Positions 50,485-62,719 of a stretch of 64,000 nt of DNA are shown here, piece by piece. The stretch comes from Raillietiella orientalis (Eukaryota), in the NCBI GenBank assembly GCA_036172245.1, contig JAYWIR010000005.1:5518001-5582000 (forward strand), given 5' to 3'. The translations under genes and the position numbers were made by a program. The notes under the pieces were generated by a model. The model did no database searches. It had not been told where the DNA came from and worked only from the letters and a program-made list of their open reading frames with translations. The stretch's first letter is position 1. Each line of letters opens with the position of its first letter.

Positions 50485-53400
50485 ATGAGCAAGCTATCCT
50501 TTCGAGCAAGGGCGCTGGATGCTTCAAAACCGATGCCAATTTATCTTTTCGAGGAAATTCCGGATCTGCCAGAGGTTTCAATCAACAGATCTGTCCCCCA
50601 AATGCCAACAGGAATGGAAAAAGATGAAGAATGTGTACGTAATATCGAAATTTTCATTCATTATGATATTTCGCACTACGCCATCTTGAATTGTAAACGG
50701 AAGTTGTCGGTGTTCTGTTCTCTAAAAAAGTAGTCCCTAGTCGAAGCATACTAGATATTGTTCTCGATGTAAACAGTAGACCAATCATTCTTCTGCTGTA
50801 GAGGAAGCAGAAGCAGTCATGCTCTGCATTTACTATGCGAAGGTCTTGAACCATGAGTACTAAATAAACTGAACAGAAACTCAAGGCAACTCAGGACCAT
50901 AGAGAAATTCACACATTTACGAGCCCCCAGATGAACCTTAATTTAATTCCAGTTTCTTCTCACACAATTTCTAAGAATTGTATCACACTTTAATTTTTGT
51001 TTTTCTGAATAACTTCAAAGGAGTCCAATGGAACTGTATTGATGGTTTACATACACAGTCCTTCCAGTCTTTAGGAGTACAAAGAATCAAACAAAACAGT
51101 TCTTAAACATGTAGGCTGTAACATAAACATAAAACAGAGCTCAAATCAGATAAAAACTGATCCATATTGCCAGGGCTGCTAATTCATCCTGTTTCACCAG
51201 AGGTCTTATACTATGTTTGAGTAAGGTAAATGATTGAAGTTCCTGAAATTTCTGTGTAACAACTTAATTTCAGCGCAGATGTCCTTAATTGCATTATGTG
51301 TAATCTGGAAAACTATTCAGAAAAAAGCAAATTTTTGTACTTGTAAATGCAAGTGCAAACTTCCACTTTATGTAATATTTATTTCTCGGTATTCTTATTT
51401 CTGTACATCACTTTGTATAACAAGGCTTTTATCAGATCTAATAAATAGCACTTTTGTCTCCCTCAGATTTCAACATGTAGCATTCCAAAAATCACATCAA
51501 AACTTCAAATTTTTTAGTTTGAATTTCCTTTCAAGGCAATTTTTTCTTGTTAGGATCACTTTTTGTTTATATTGCTTAATATTTTGGAATTTCATTAAAT
51601 AAGATTTCTGTGAACTTTTACGCTTCTGATTATAAACTGTAAAAGCATAATTGACACTGTGCATAGATTTATGGAAAACAGGAAACCAATAAAAATCGAA
51701 ATTGAGAATTACTTATTGATTCATTTTGCAGCACATGTTCACAACATTGAAAGCTTCCTTGATTTGCATCACCTTAAAATAATTTTGGTAGTTCAAAAAC
51801 ATTCTGGACATGTGTTTTTCTTTTGCTCTAAGGTCTACTGATTCCAAGGCAAAAATAAATATTGTGTTACTTCCAAATTAGCATAGGTGTTAGCTAATAA
51901 ATTGACTACCAAGCATCCAGGAATTTTGATAAAGATTCATGATCACAGTTAAAGTTATGTAAGGGTTCTGTGAGCCTTGTTGTGTAATATTCAGTAGCAG
52001 CCTCGCAATATTGCTTAAGAATACAATAGTTTTAAACATTTATTTATATTTACATGTTTTGATTGATAAGAAAGTGAGAGAAACAAATATGTACGAGAAA
52101 ATAATGTGTTATGTTGCTGTTGAATTCTTAATAACTTAAAGTTTACACTTGAATTTCAGATGACAGTTTCTTAATATAGACTTGCAACATTTGGTAAACA
52201 ATAGCAAAATATAATGTCCTGGAAATAAAGAATGCCATTAGGGGATTAAGTTGAACCTTTCATGCTAAAAATAATTTTCCTGCATATAATAATTTCTTTG
52301 AACAAAGTATCACTGCAGCATCCTTCTTGTATTTTGAGAAAAATCATTCAACAATTCTTGAGAATGGAAACGGTTGATTTTTCTTTTAGATGTAAACATG
52401 ATTCTTATTAACAGCCAGGAGTACATAACGAGAAATACTGTAGTTTTTATTCTTTCTAAAATTTGTATTGATCCAAGGAAATTTGTTTTGTAGGATCCAT
52501 TTATGAAACAGTTATCATTATATTTATTGATCATCTGATATATTTTTTATAAACAATAGGCCACCATTGTATCATATGATTGTTCATATAGTTGATAGAT
52601 AGTGTAATTTTCTCAATTTGGAAACCTTCATATCATTTATGAATTCAATACACACTTTGTTTTACAAACATGATGAATGTATTGAGGGTGATTACAGATA
52701 AATATTTGGAAAACTTATGATTTTCACTTCAGGAACATATATCTGAATGTGAAAAATTTGATATTCTCCTGAAAATGATATGATCTTTGGTAAATTCTGT
52801 TTTTTTTCTAGGTAACAGAGCAAAAGAATTAAAAAAATAGATTTCATAAGTACGTGCATAAAGAAACAAAGCTATCGTTATTTTCCCTAAGTTGGGAATT
52901 CTAAGATTATGAGCTGTTTGATACATCATGATCAGCTGCCTGTTGATTGTTGTGATCAGTAACCAAAGATACATAGTTAATGATGCGTTGCTTTGTAAAG
53001 TTAATTGATGAGTTGCTTTCAACATATTAATAAGCTATTATTAAATTAAATTTTCTTTAATTTGTATGTTCCATAGTGACATATTTAAATCTTAGTTTAC
53101 ATGTGGGTACTTTCAAAAGAATGGCATTTTGATTGCAACAGACATTGGCATTGGTTTTTGCAATGAACCAGGTGATTTCAGGAAGGGGAGAAAAACTTGT
53201 TGCCAAAAAATTGCAGCATACTATTGTATAATAACATTCTAAACCTTTTTAAACCAGTAAAGAAGAAGGATTATATTACATTTGTTTTGCATTTAGAGGG
53301 ATACTTTGGTCAAACAAACACTACATTGCATTAAATAGTTTTGGTTATCACAAATGTCTTACTAAACTGCGAAGTATTGTGGGGACTGTGCTGATTGTAA

Positions 53401-56176
53401 TTTTTTATTGATTCCTTCTTTTAAAAATTTTAAACTAAATAACTGCAGTGCGAGTGATATGATGTAGTTGACATACATAGAGTTTTTGCTTTCCACGAAT
53501 TTGTTTTATACTTGGTGATTCATAAAGTAAGATTTAAGTGTTTCATTATGTGTAATTAATCATGTTATCACTTACGTGTTTTGTATATTTCAATGAAAAG
53601 TAAAGTATTTCATCAGGTCTTTGTTTTGAGATTGTAACATTCATTTGGTTTTATTGAATTTCAGGAAAGGCATCTACAGCAAGCAATCAGTGCACGCCAG
53701 GCTCCAAATGATGGTGGCACACCTATGGTGATTCCTACTCCTGAAGTATATGAGGACTTGGAACACTATGAATCTATGTATCCTGCTTCTTATATTCTTC
53801 CCAAGCAATACATTCATGTCCAACGTAAAGTATGCTTATTTTGCAGGCACTTTTTATTTGATTGCCTTCAGCATTGCATACAGAACAAGAATATCCAGAA
53901 TATGATGCTGATGCTGAAGATGAGTATTGGCTGGAAAAACAACCACATCTGCATATTAATTTGATGCAGTTTGAAGAGATGATTGAAAAGCTTGAAAAAA
54001 GCAGCGGACAGCAGCTGGTGACTTTGCAAGAAGCATTAATGCTTTTGCCTCAAGAGGATTTTATTGTACAGTGTGTATTTGAATACTGGCGGTCTAAAAG
54101 GTTACGGCTGGTAGGTTTAACATGCAGTAAGTGCATATCAATAGATCCAATTTCAGGGACATCCACTTATTCTAACTGTTCGGATGGATAAAATTGGTGC
54201 ATCTGTTCATAATCCATATGTCGCTTTTCGTCGCCGCACTGAAAAAATGCAGACAAGAAAAAATCGCAAAAATGATGAGGCATCTTATGAAAAAATGCTT
54301 AAATTGCGACGAGATTTAAGCAGAGCTGTAACTTTATTACAAATGGTCCGCAACAGGGAAACAGCTAAACGAGATTTACTCCTGCTAACTGTGCGAATTT
54401 TTGAACAGAGGTGCTTTAGTCACTTCTGGGACATTAACACGTCTAGTGGCATTACTTTAATTACAGATATCATCTTGCTGACTTCTCTGGCGAGTTGCTG
54501 GCCGAAGTAGCAGAACACAAACCGAATAGGGCCGCTTTCAGCCCTATCCATATCAACTGCAACGAAATTAAGGTAATGCAATCACTAAGATGAAGATGTT
54601 GCATAGTGTATGTCCATCCTTACGTTTATTATAGGAAGAAATGCCTAGAAGAGAGAAACGACCTTATAAGAAGCGAAATCTTACAAAGACTGCGTTAACT
54701 TTACCCTCAGAAGTTCAAAGGAAAGGAGATTCGAGAGTTCCTGCTGATTCTTCTTGCCTGGAAGATGATCGACTTGCCAGTCTGTCTACCTATGAGCAGA
54801 ATGGACCATTTGCTTTTCAGCGCAAGCGAGGATGTCAATATCAGATGGTAGTTTCATGGTGGATGTTGCATAGTGTATCATTAGTTATTACAGCCAGTTC
54901 CCTTTGGTAAAGTGAGTTGGCCATGGAGTAGTTCTGCCGACAGTGAAGTGGCTGACAACCGGTTTCGTTATTCCCCAACTTGTCTGATGCATCCATCGAA
55001 ACGGTTTATCGGACTCTCAAGGCGTAGGATAGGAAGAGGAGGCAGGTATGCCTACATTTGCTGCATTCTATGTACGCTGAAATCTCATTTTTGTGCAGAG
55101 TGATTTTAGATAGGGTTTCTTGCAACTGGGATGAACTTGAAGACATGAAAAACTGTATGAACAAGAAACCATCTAGTAATCCTTCTGCCAATCGAAATCC
55201 AGTGCATTTGTATGTATATTACTTACTGTTCCTCATATTTTTTCTTTTTTTTAAGGTCTTGTTTTGTTCCACGGACTTGTGATGCATCCTCATGTCATGA
55301 TGCAGATGAAAATTGCCCTTCCCCTTCTGTAGTGTCCACTCCCTCCTTAATCACAATCAGTGCTGAAGACAGTGATCTGACCACAGTAGTGTCCCTTCCT
55401 AATATCCCAGCCCGCCCACGGCACACAAAGCCTCCAGAGTGGGCTCGATTGCCCATGCCTAGTGATCATGAGTATGCTAGTGCTTGGGGAGAAGACTTAG
55501 AAGAAGAACATGCTGGAGGAGGAAGTCCTAGACCCAGTGAATTTATTACGGGGAGTGTGGTGCGCATTGCAGAATCTACACCCTGTGGAGAAGCGGATTG
55601 GGACCTCCTTCCTTGCTGGTTGGATTGGGATGCTTTAGATGAAGATGATTCTTCACCCCCTTCATTCCGAACTCATTCTTTTCCTTCAGTTTGTCCCCAA
55701 TCAACTAGTCCAGGAAATGTGAATTGTCCTACAACTTCTGTTGATCCCTGGGGACGTCTTGATCCAAATTATTATTCCTGTGATATGAAAGTGACCTGTG
55801 GCATGGAAGCTAGCCTATCCAATGCTATTAGTGGTAAGATGATGATCAAAATCACGGTTGTTATGGCTTAGTAGGTGTCGAGAGTCAGCCTCTTTGCTCA
55901 CGACGGTCTGCAGTTTATCTCCATTCATTGAAGCCGTCCATTGTATCTACGCTTAACCCTTATTCCGGTAGTGATGGTCTGACTGTGACCACTGGATCCC
56001 CCAAATCATCTCTCCTATCTTCATCTGAGGGTCGAACTCGTGGCAGGTATCCAAGGGAATTGGCAGACATGGCATAGCATTTAATGTATTGCAGAGTCTC
56101 GCCTGAAGAAGGCAATTCTCTATGTTCAGATAGCCTGGGGGTGCATGATCAGTCTGTGGCCATGGAGGTCACGTGA
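50485..56176 (+). CDS. E(Pc): Enhancer of polycomb homolog (NuA4/Tip60 subunit), about 738 aa, 11 coding exons
   Basis: Exons 50485-50634, 53665-53824, 53872-54110, 54157-54410, 54467-54572, 54635-54847, 54894-55045, 55099-55209, 55256-55833, 55875-56046 and 56095-56176. Motifs MSKLSFRARALDASKPMPIY, RSVPQMPTGMEK, NPYVAFRRRTEKMQTRKNRKNDEASYEKMLKLRRDL, RRRIGRGGRVILDR and the C-terminal AMEVT. AATAAA at 56332-56337. Confidence 0.95.
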
Positions 56177-56466
56177 CCCTACATTAATGTATGTCATGTA
56201 TTCTTATGCTACTTTGGATTCCTTTTGGCTGATTGGCAGCCTGCTGCCTCTTCTGCTGTTGTGATTGATGTTGCCAAGCTGTGATTGGACATCCGCAGTG
56301 CCTGTGGTTGGCAGCCGCGAGATGTGCCACCAATAAATATACTTTGCCACCTTATAAAGTGGCTATTACAAAAAACGAATAACAAATAGCATATACATAT
56401 ATTATATTTGTGGCACAATGCAAAGGGGGGGGTGGAGGGGGTAGGTTAGGTTTATCACTTGAAGAA

Positions 56467-59400
56467 TCAGGACCGGAGCAAGTCGTTTTCATCCTGGAAC
56501 TTGTTCAGTATTGGTTAGTGTGGATCCTCATCTTACTGCTAAACTCCGGAACAGGTGGTTTCTATCTGCAAAAAGACTTGCACCATCATCGCGATCGGCC
56601 ATAGTACCGCCCTAATAAAAAATAACGTTAGTTTTAGATTTCAGTGTGTCCAAAACTGACTTCGGATAGCCACTGGGAACGCATGCTGTATGGGCTATCA
56701 GGCCTACAGGCTATTTGCACCGTGGTCTCATCATAGCTGCGAACTGCGGACATGCTCCTGAATTGAATCCCTTGAAATGGTGGCCCGTAAAGTGGAGGAC
56801 ATTTATACCTGATTGTATTGCTTTGGTCGTGGACGTCGGCGTCTAATAGATTACGACCACCCAAGGCCGACACTTCTGGACCCGCAGATACCAACGCTCC
56901 TAGACACGCTTTATTATCTGATCATCAGTTGCTGCTTTACCTGACGTTTCGTTTGTATCACACGGACCTTGGTTCTCTTTAGGATCTGATAGTTGGTAGT
57001 CCGTGGTGGGCAGCGAGCTGGTTTTTTTTCTCTGAAAAATTTCTGGTTTCAGTCGGAAGTTGAATGTGTGCCTACGCGTACCTTTTCAGCATGACTTTTG
57101 TTCAACAAATTCAGCAGTTTGCCTTCTGGAGTAACCAGCGTGCTTGGGTCAAATTCTGATGGCAACGGTGGGTTGGGATATTTGGCCCTTGGAATTATGT
57201 AAGGTAGAATCCGTGATTCATTGTTGTAAGAGGTCGATTTTGGCTGCAGGGAAACTCATTTCCCGGTCCACAGAAGTAGGATACGTACCGCTAGTGATTC
57301 ATGAAGATGTGGAAAGCGTTCAGTGCTATCGCTTGAAGTGTCAGCTATCATGGCACGTTTATCCAATGTACCGAAGCCCTGTAACCGGTTGTGATGCCGG
57401 TGTCTCTGTCGGATGCATGCCAACAGTAGTGCTATAACCAGTAGTACTGTCAGCATGGATCCCAATAAAGCCAAGGCTATTAGGAGGGCTGGAAACGATG
57501 CATGATTATGCAAAAAAAAAATCATTCCGAAATTCGTACCTTTGAGGTTAATTTGGCAGTTCCTTCCAGTGAACCATCCTCTACACTTGCAGGATTCCGT
57601 TCCTGAAGCATCTTTGTAGCAGTCTCCATTGTAGGAGCACCATGAGCATTTTTCTAGGCGTGCTACGCAGAGACGGCCCGGAAAGTTTTTGATGTCTTCT
57701 GATGCGTCCTCTAACCCATCAGGACACTGGCAGGTGAAGCTTCCTTCTTTGTTGATACACATTGCCTTCCCGTCGCAGTCTGCAAATTCAGGATGCTCGC
57801 ATTCGTCGAAGTCTTAACAAGTAAAAGATTAGCTCTCGTTCGGAGACGAATCTGTTCCACAGACCATCAGCTCTGATCATTCTGTATCTGTCCGCTGTAA
57901 ACAAGGAAGAATTTCCAAAGCTCATATTATTCGATTTTAGTAACTCAGAAAGTTGATCTTCCAGAGCGACATAATTGACGTTAGCTTCCGGGGATATCTT
58001 GTAACAGAATCATAAATTGCGACCGAAAACTTCTGCTTACATGGACAGCAAAGGAAGCAAGAACACCGTTGTTGTCAATCCCTTCATCTTGCATTGAAGG
58101 AGAGTTGAACTCCATCAGTGTGGTTCCCTGGTAGTGATCCCCTACTTCCGTGGACTTCATGATCCTGTCTATTCCGTCTTTGGAAATCAAGGCCAGCTGC
58201 AGATATTCAGGGCTTTCTGGATCATTGAATTCATCGATAAATTGCAGCCGATTATTGTTGATGCGATTCAGAAAGACCTGAACACTGTACAAAGATGTTT
58301 CTGGATAACCTGTCTTAGAAACCGGCTTGTTAATGCTAAGAGCATACTTTGGCACTCCTTCGAAGTTTCGTGCCGCACGAATCCCGGCCTGCACACGCAC
58401 GTCGTGTTGTGGTTTACCTTCCCACATATCTCGTTTTTGCTAGCGGAGCACGGAGGGACACAGTTCCCTTGAAGGTTCTTGGTCTTGTAGCTCTTTACCA
58501 GCCCGTGGTCGAACCCGAAGATGCCTGCGCGTAATATTTCGTTGTCTGCTTCTAAAATGTACAGGGTATGAAGGGTTTTCCTCATTTCAACCGAATCAGA
58601 TGCCGTTACCTTTTTCCGCAACAAGTTTCGTGCTGCTGTCCATTCTCTCGACGTTCGTGGCTTTCCCAGCGGTTTTGGTTGCTCCCGACGCGCCTTTGTC
58701 TTTCATATCCTCTGTGGACAGGTCCACGCTTTCCTTCACGTTGCTGAGAACCGGCTCCATCTCCAGGATCGTGGGGTAGATCGTAGGGGCGCTCATTACG
58801 TTCGACGGACTTATTCGAGGAGAGTCCGTCGTGGTGTACACCGATGTGTACGTCGTTGGTTTGCCTTTGCTCATGACCACCTTGGTCTTGGTTTCCGTGA
58901 ACACGCTCGCATCTGCGAAGCGCTTCGTTTCCGAGGGACTCGGAACGATGCTTGCTCTCGTACGGTTGAGCTCTCCTGACGATTTCGTGAAGGGACTCCC
59001 AATGATAGTGGTCTTCCCGGAAACTATGGTGCTGTGGTCCGAGATGACCGTCGTTCGAGCGTTGATGGAGCCTTGCATGGGGAAGAAGACGGTCTCGCTC
59101 CCTGTGATGACGCTGGATGTGAACCGAGTCTGCCTCGAGGCTTCCGTCTTTCTTCTGCTGCTGCTGGTGGTGGTGATCTGGATTTCCACAGGTTCGATTA
59201 CGCTTGACTCAATAACCTCGTCGCCTTGGAAGCTTATCGACGGAACCGTCGTCTGAACATCGGCCAAATCTTGTGGCTCAGAAGGAGGAGGAGGTGGAAG
59301 GGGGGGAAGGGGGGGAAGGGGGGGAAGAGGCGAAGTGGAAGTGAGCTCCAGACTCGGTTGGAGGTGCAGCGTGCTGAACGAAGTATCAGGTTCGTTCTGG

Positions 59401-62400
59401 GGGACGTATCCTGGCTCGGAAAAGACGATGATGTCAGGTTTCTTGAGGATGATGTTCGTGCTTATGATGGTGTTTTCTCCTTCCACGACGGCCACGGGCT
59501 CGGGTTTGTAGAACGCCCCGCTCTCGATGGAAGGCTGGATGCCGTAGACTGAATCTGCGGGTTCCATCTTTTCCGGGAGTGAATCGTCCCAGCCATTATC
59601 GAAGATCTCTTCCGTGTGGTCTTCGGGCTGCAGAGGCAGGGGGATGAATTCCAGGCTCACGTCCGGCTTCTCGAAAGACACGAAGTCGTTCTGTTTCTCG
59701 AAGTACTCGGGGTTCTTCGCGGAGTTTGCAAGGGCGTCGTCGTCTTCGGAGGCGTCGCCGCTACCCGCGCTCAAGGGGCGGTAGAGCGGTTCCACGGGAG
59801 GGGGGTGGTTTTCTCCGCCAGCGTCTTCCACGGAGCCTCGGAGATCTAAGGGGGTGCCGCTAGCGTTCAGATTCTCGCCGTCGTCGGCCATGATGCTGAA
59901 CCCCGTTTCGACGTAGGGCGGCGGGATGAAATTTGGGATGCTTTCGGACGAGACTTGGAAGGCGCCTCCGAGGCGAGGGAATTCCCCACCGTCGACGGCG
60001 AACTTCGCGTCCTCGTTCTGGAAGCGCACGACCTGCGAGAGTCTGGATTGGAACTGTTGGTTCGGGGATACGTCGTAGGGCGGGTATCCGTAGGAAGACT
60101 GCTGTACTTCCGCCGGAAACGCCTCCGGAACCTGTAGGGAGTTCATTCCGTAGAAAGGCGCGCCACTCGCTCCGTACGAGGAAACAACGGGCTCGTAGTA
60201 GGGATCCCCGAACTCGTTGTCGTTCTGGAACGGGTATTGGAAGTTTTCTTCCTCCTGGGCGACAGGGGGAAAGTGGACGTTGAGGGGAGGCTGCTGGTGT
60301 AGCTGCTGCTCTTCGCTCAGCTGGCTGATCCTATTGAACTTATGAATTTCTCCAGCACGATCGGGGAACACTTGGAGCTGGGGGTCGGGTCTTATTAGGT
60401 TGGGTCTATCGAATCGCGAGGGGGGACCCTGGTGAGCTGGGAAGCGCGAAGAGTCGTTCCTGCGGCCGGCGGCGATCCTGTTGCTCAGTAGCCCGGCAAC
60501 CGCGTTTCCCACCAGACCGAGAACAGGGATCAGGGGGTTGCTCAGTCTGTGCAGGATGTTCGTTCCCGTAGAATGTTTCACGGGCTCTGGAGATTCCGGA
60601 GGAGAGATCGATCCCGAGTTGATCCCGAAATTCGATGTCCCGTGATCCACAAAGAGAGGCTGGAGGGGAGCTTGACCGGGAGCGCTGCCGCCGCTGTCCG
60701 GTGACGCCAGTGCGGCATCCGAGGAGGGCGGATTGAGGGCCGGGGTGTCGGGTGAGGGAGAGTGGTGGCTGAGATCGGCGCTATCGTCGTCCTGGGGTTT
60801 TCCGAGGAGAATGGGGCTGTCCATAGTCGCGTTGGGGTGGCTGTCAGCCGCGACCATTTCGGGATCCAATGCCCCTTCGTCGTCGCCATCGCTCGGAGGA
60901 AAGCCTGCCTCCCCCGGAGGATGGACCGGTCCGTTGCGGACGGGGTCGCTTGTCTGTTCGACTCCTCCTTCTCCGACAGTCTCTTCAGGTCTCCCGGGTG
61001 AGGTGGGCGACAGAAGGAGCACGGGGGTTTCGTGGTTTCCGAGGTCGTCCGCCGCCGCCGCCGTGCGTGTCGGCTCGCGAGGCAAGGAAGGGGAGACTGG
61101 ACCCGGGATCTCGTCCTGATACGATCCCGAAGGATCCGCCTCTGCATTCCGCTCGCCTTCCGGTGGAGCGTGATCTTCGCTGAATGCATTTTCGGAAGCG
61201 GACGTTTCGTCTTGGGTTCCCGTAGCGACATCTGAGAGAGGGAAAGAAAGGAAACCATAAAGCAAAGAAGCGACCCTCATCCTCAAGAGCGCGTCGCTGG
61301 CTGCCTCACCTCTTTCGCCTTGAGTGTAAACCAACGAAGGGCGGATGAGCTCCGGGAGCGACATCTCGGAGACGACGCTGCTTGGCTCGTGGCCGATGTC
61401 TTGAGCTAACGTGTTCGGAAGGCCGCTGCCACCGGGAACGCCGCTCGGCTCGCCGCCGACCGGCGTGCTCGTGACCTGGAACCTGTCGACGGGATGGACG
61501 TCCTCGATGGGGCTCGTAATGATCTGCGACTTGTCGCCGCCTGTCAGGAACGGTCCTTGAGGAGCCTCGTCGTAGTGCGCGGTGTTTTGCAAGTAGTAGC
61601 CGTCGTAGGGAGCATCGGCTTCGGAGTCCTCCGACTCGAGAATCACCTCGGATTCGGTGATGTACTCCGTGCTGACGACGATGCTGTTTCCTTGGGTGTA
61701 AGTCTTGAAGGTGGTGAACGTCGTGTAGTAGGTCTTCGTGACGTCGTAGCGCTTGGAGGGCTCGATGTAAAGCTCCTGGGGAAGGAGCGCCTGGTAGCTC
61801 GTCTGCCTCAGGTCTGGGATCTTCGTTATGACTTCCTTGGTAATGACTTCCTCGGAAGTGATGATTCGGTTGCCGCTGTCAACAAACTTCGAGAAGGTGT
61901 ACGTAGTGTAGTACGTGTTCGTGTCGAAGATGAAGGTGGAAGGCTCCTTGAAGCTCATGTAGGTCGGAAGCAGCACGACGTTCGACAGGGTCTCCACGCT
62001 CGTCAGGACCACCGGCTGCTCTCCGTCGAAGAAAGTGTTCAGGTAGCTGAAGGTCGTCAGGTACGTGTAGGGGAACAGCCTAAGCTGCTGCTCGAACGAG
62101 AGGGCGCTGGCCGTTTGCGTCTCGTCGCGAAGCGTTCTCGAGAGGAACTTCGCTTCCTGCGTGACGACATTCGACACCACCTCGGTGGTGGACGTGAAGG
62201 CGGTGCTCGTCCCCCTCACGGTGCTGTCGAAGTAGGTGAACGTCGTGAAGTAGGTCTTCGTGTAGAACTCGGCCGAGTTGCTCCTCAGGGAGGACAGGAT
62301 CTCGTGGTTTTGGATCTGCAGGCACCAGAATCATAGTTGTCACCCTCCTTCCCCCGGCTGCCGGCCAGCTGCTTCGCGATCCGAAATGCTCACCTCCGTG

Positions 62401-62515
62401 TCCCCGTTCTCAGGAGTGTTGCCCACGTACAGGGCGTTCGGCAGCTTGTTGGGCCTCATCGGTCTTTGGAAGCTGTCGAGGAAGACAGCATTGTTGTGGG
62501 TGCCAGTTGGCTTCT
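56467..62515 (-). CDS. Pawn-like transmembrane mucin: Thr/Tyr-rich repeats, Pro/Ser/Thr region, EGF, SEA, Ca-binding EGF, EGF, TM helix, cytoplasmic tail; 5' exons not found and probably beyond the window
   Basis: Exons include 62394-62515, 61310-62315, 58610-61231, 58348-58551, 58041-58300, 57865-57997, 57540-57812 and 57289-57488, then further small exons ending 56537-56611 and 56467-56493. Repeated YYTTYTF/YFTTFTY motifs, DFDECEHPEFADCDGKAMCINKEGSFTCQC and the TM segment LLIALALLGSMLTVLLVIALLLAC. Tail motifs RAMIADTSSDS, IIPRAK, LVSAGPEVSA, VRSYDET and GTMADRD match my recollection of insect pawn; orthology is unconfirmed. Confidence 0.85.
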
Positions 62516-62690
62516 CTGGTGAAAGGAAACATCAGTGAGGGGTTCGCTTACGAGTAAGCGCGCGCTTGAGCGCACGGTCGTGCGGAGAATGGGGTAGAAA
62601 AGAATAGGTGATGGCGGACAAAGATGACCTCATGCTCCAGCAAGAGAGAACAGAAAACACTAATCATCAGTCAATAGCGGGCTGATGGGT

Positions 62691-62719
62691 GGGGTGTGGG
62701 CTAAATAAGCCCACACCCC
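62691..62719. repeat. Perfect 12-bp-stem hairpin in an intron of the pawn-like gene
   Basis: GGGGTGTGGGCT-aaata-AGCCCACACCCC. Confidence 0.85.
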
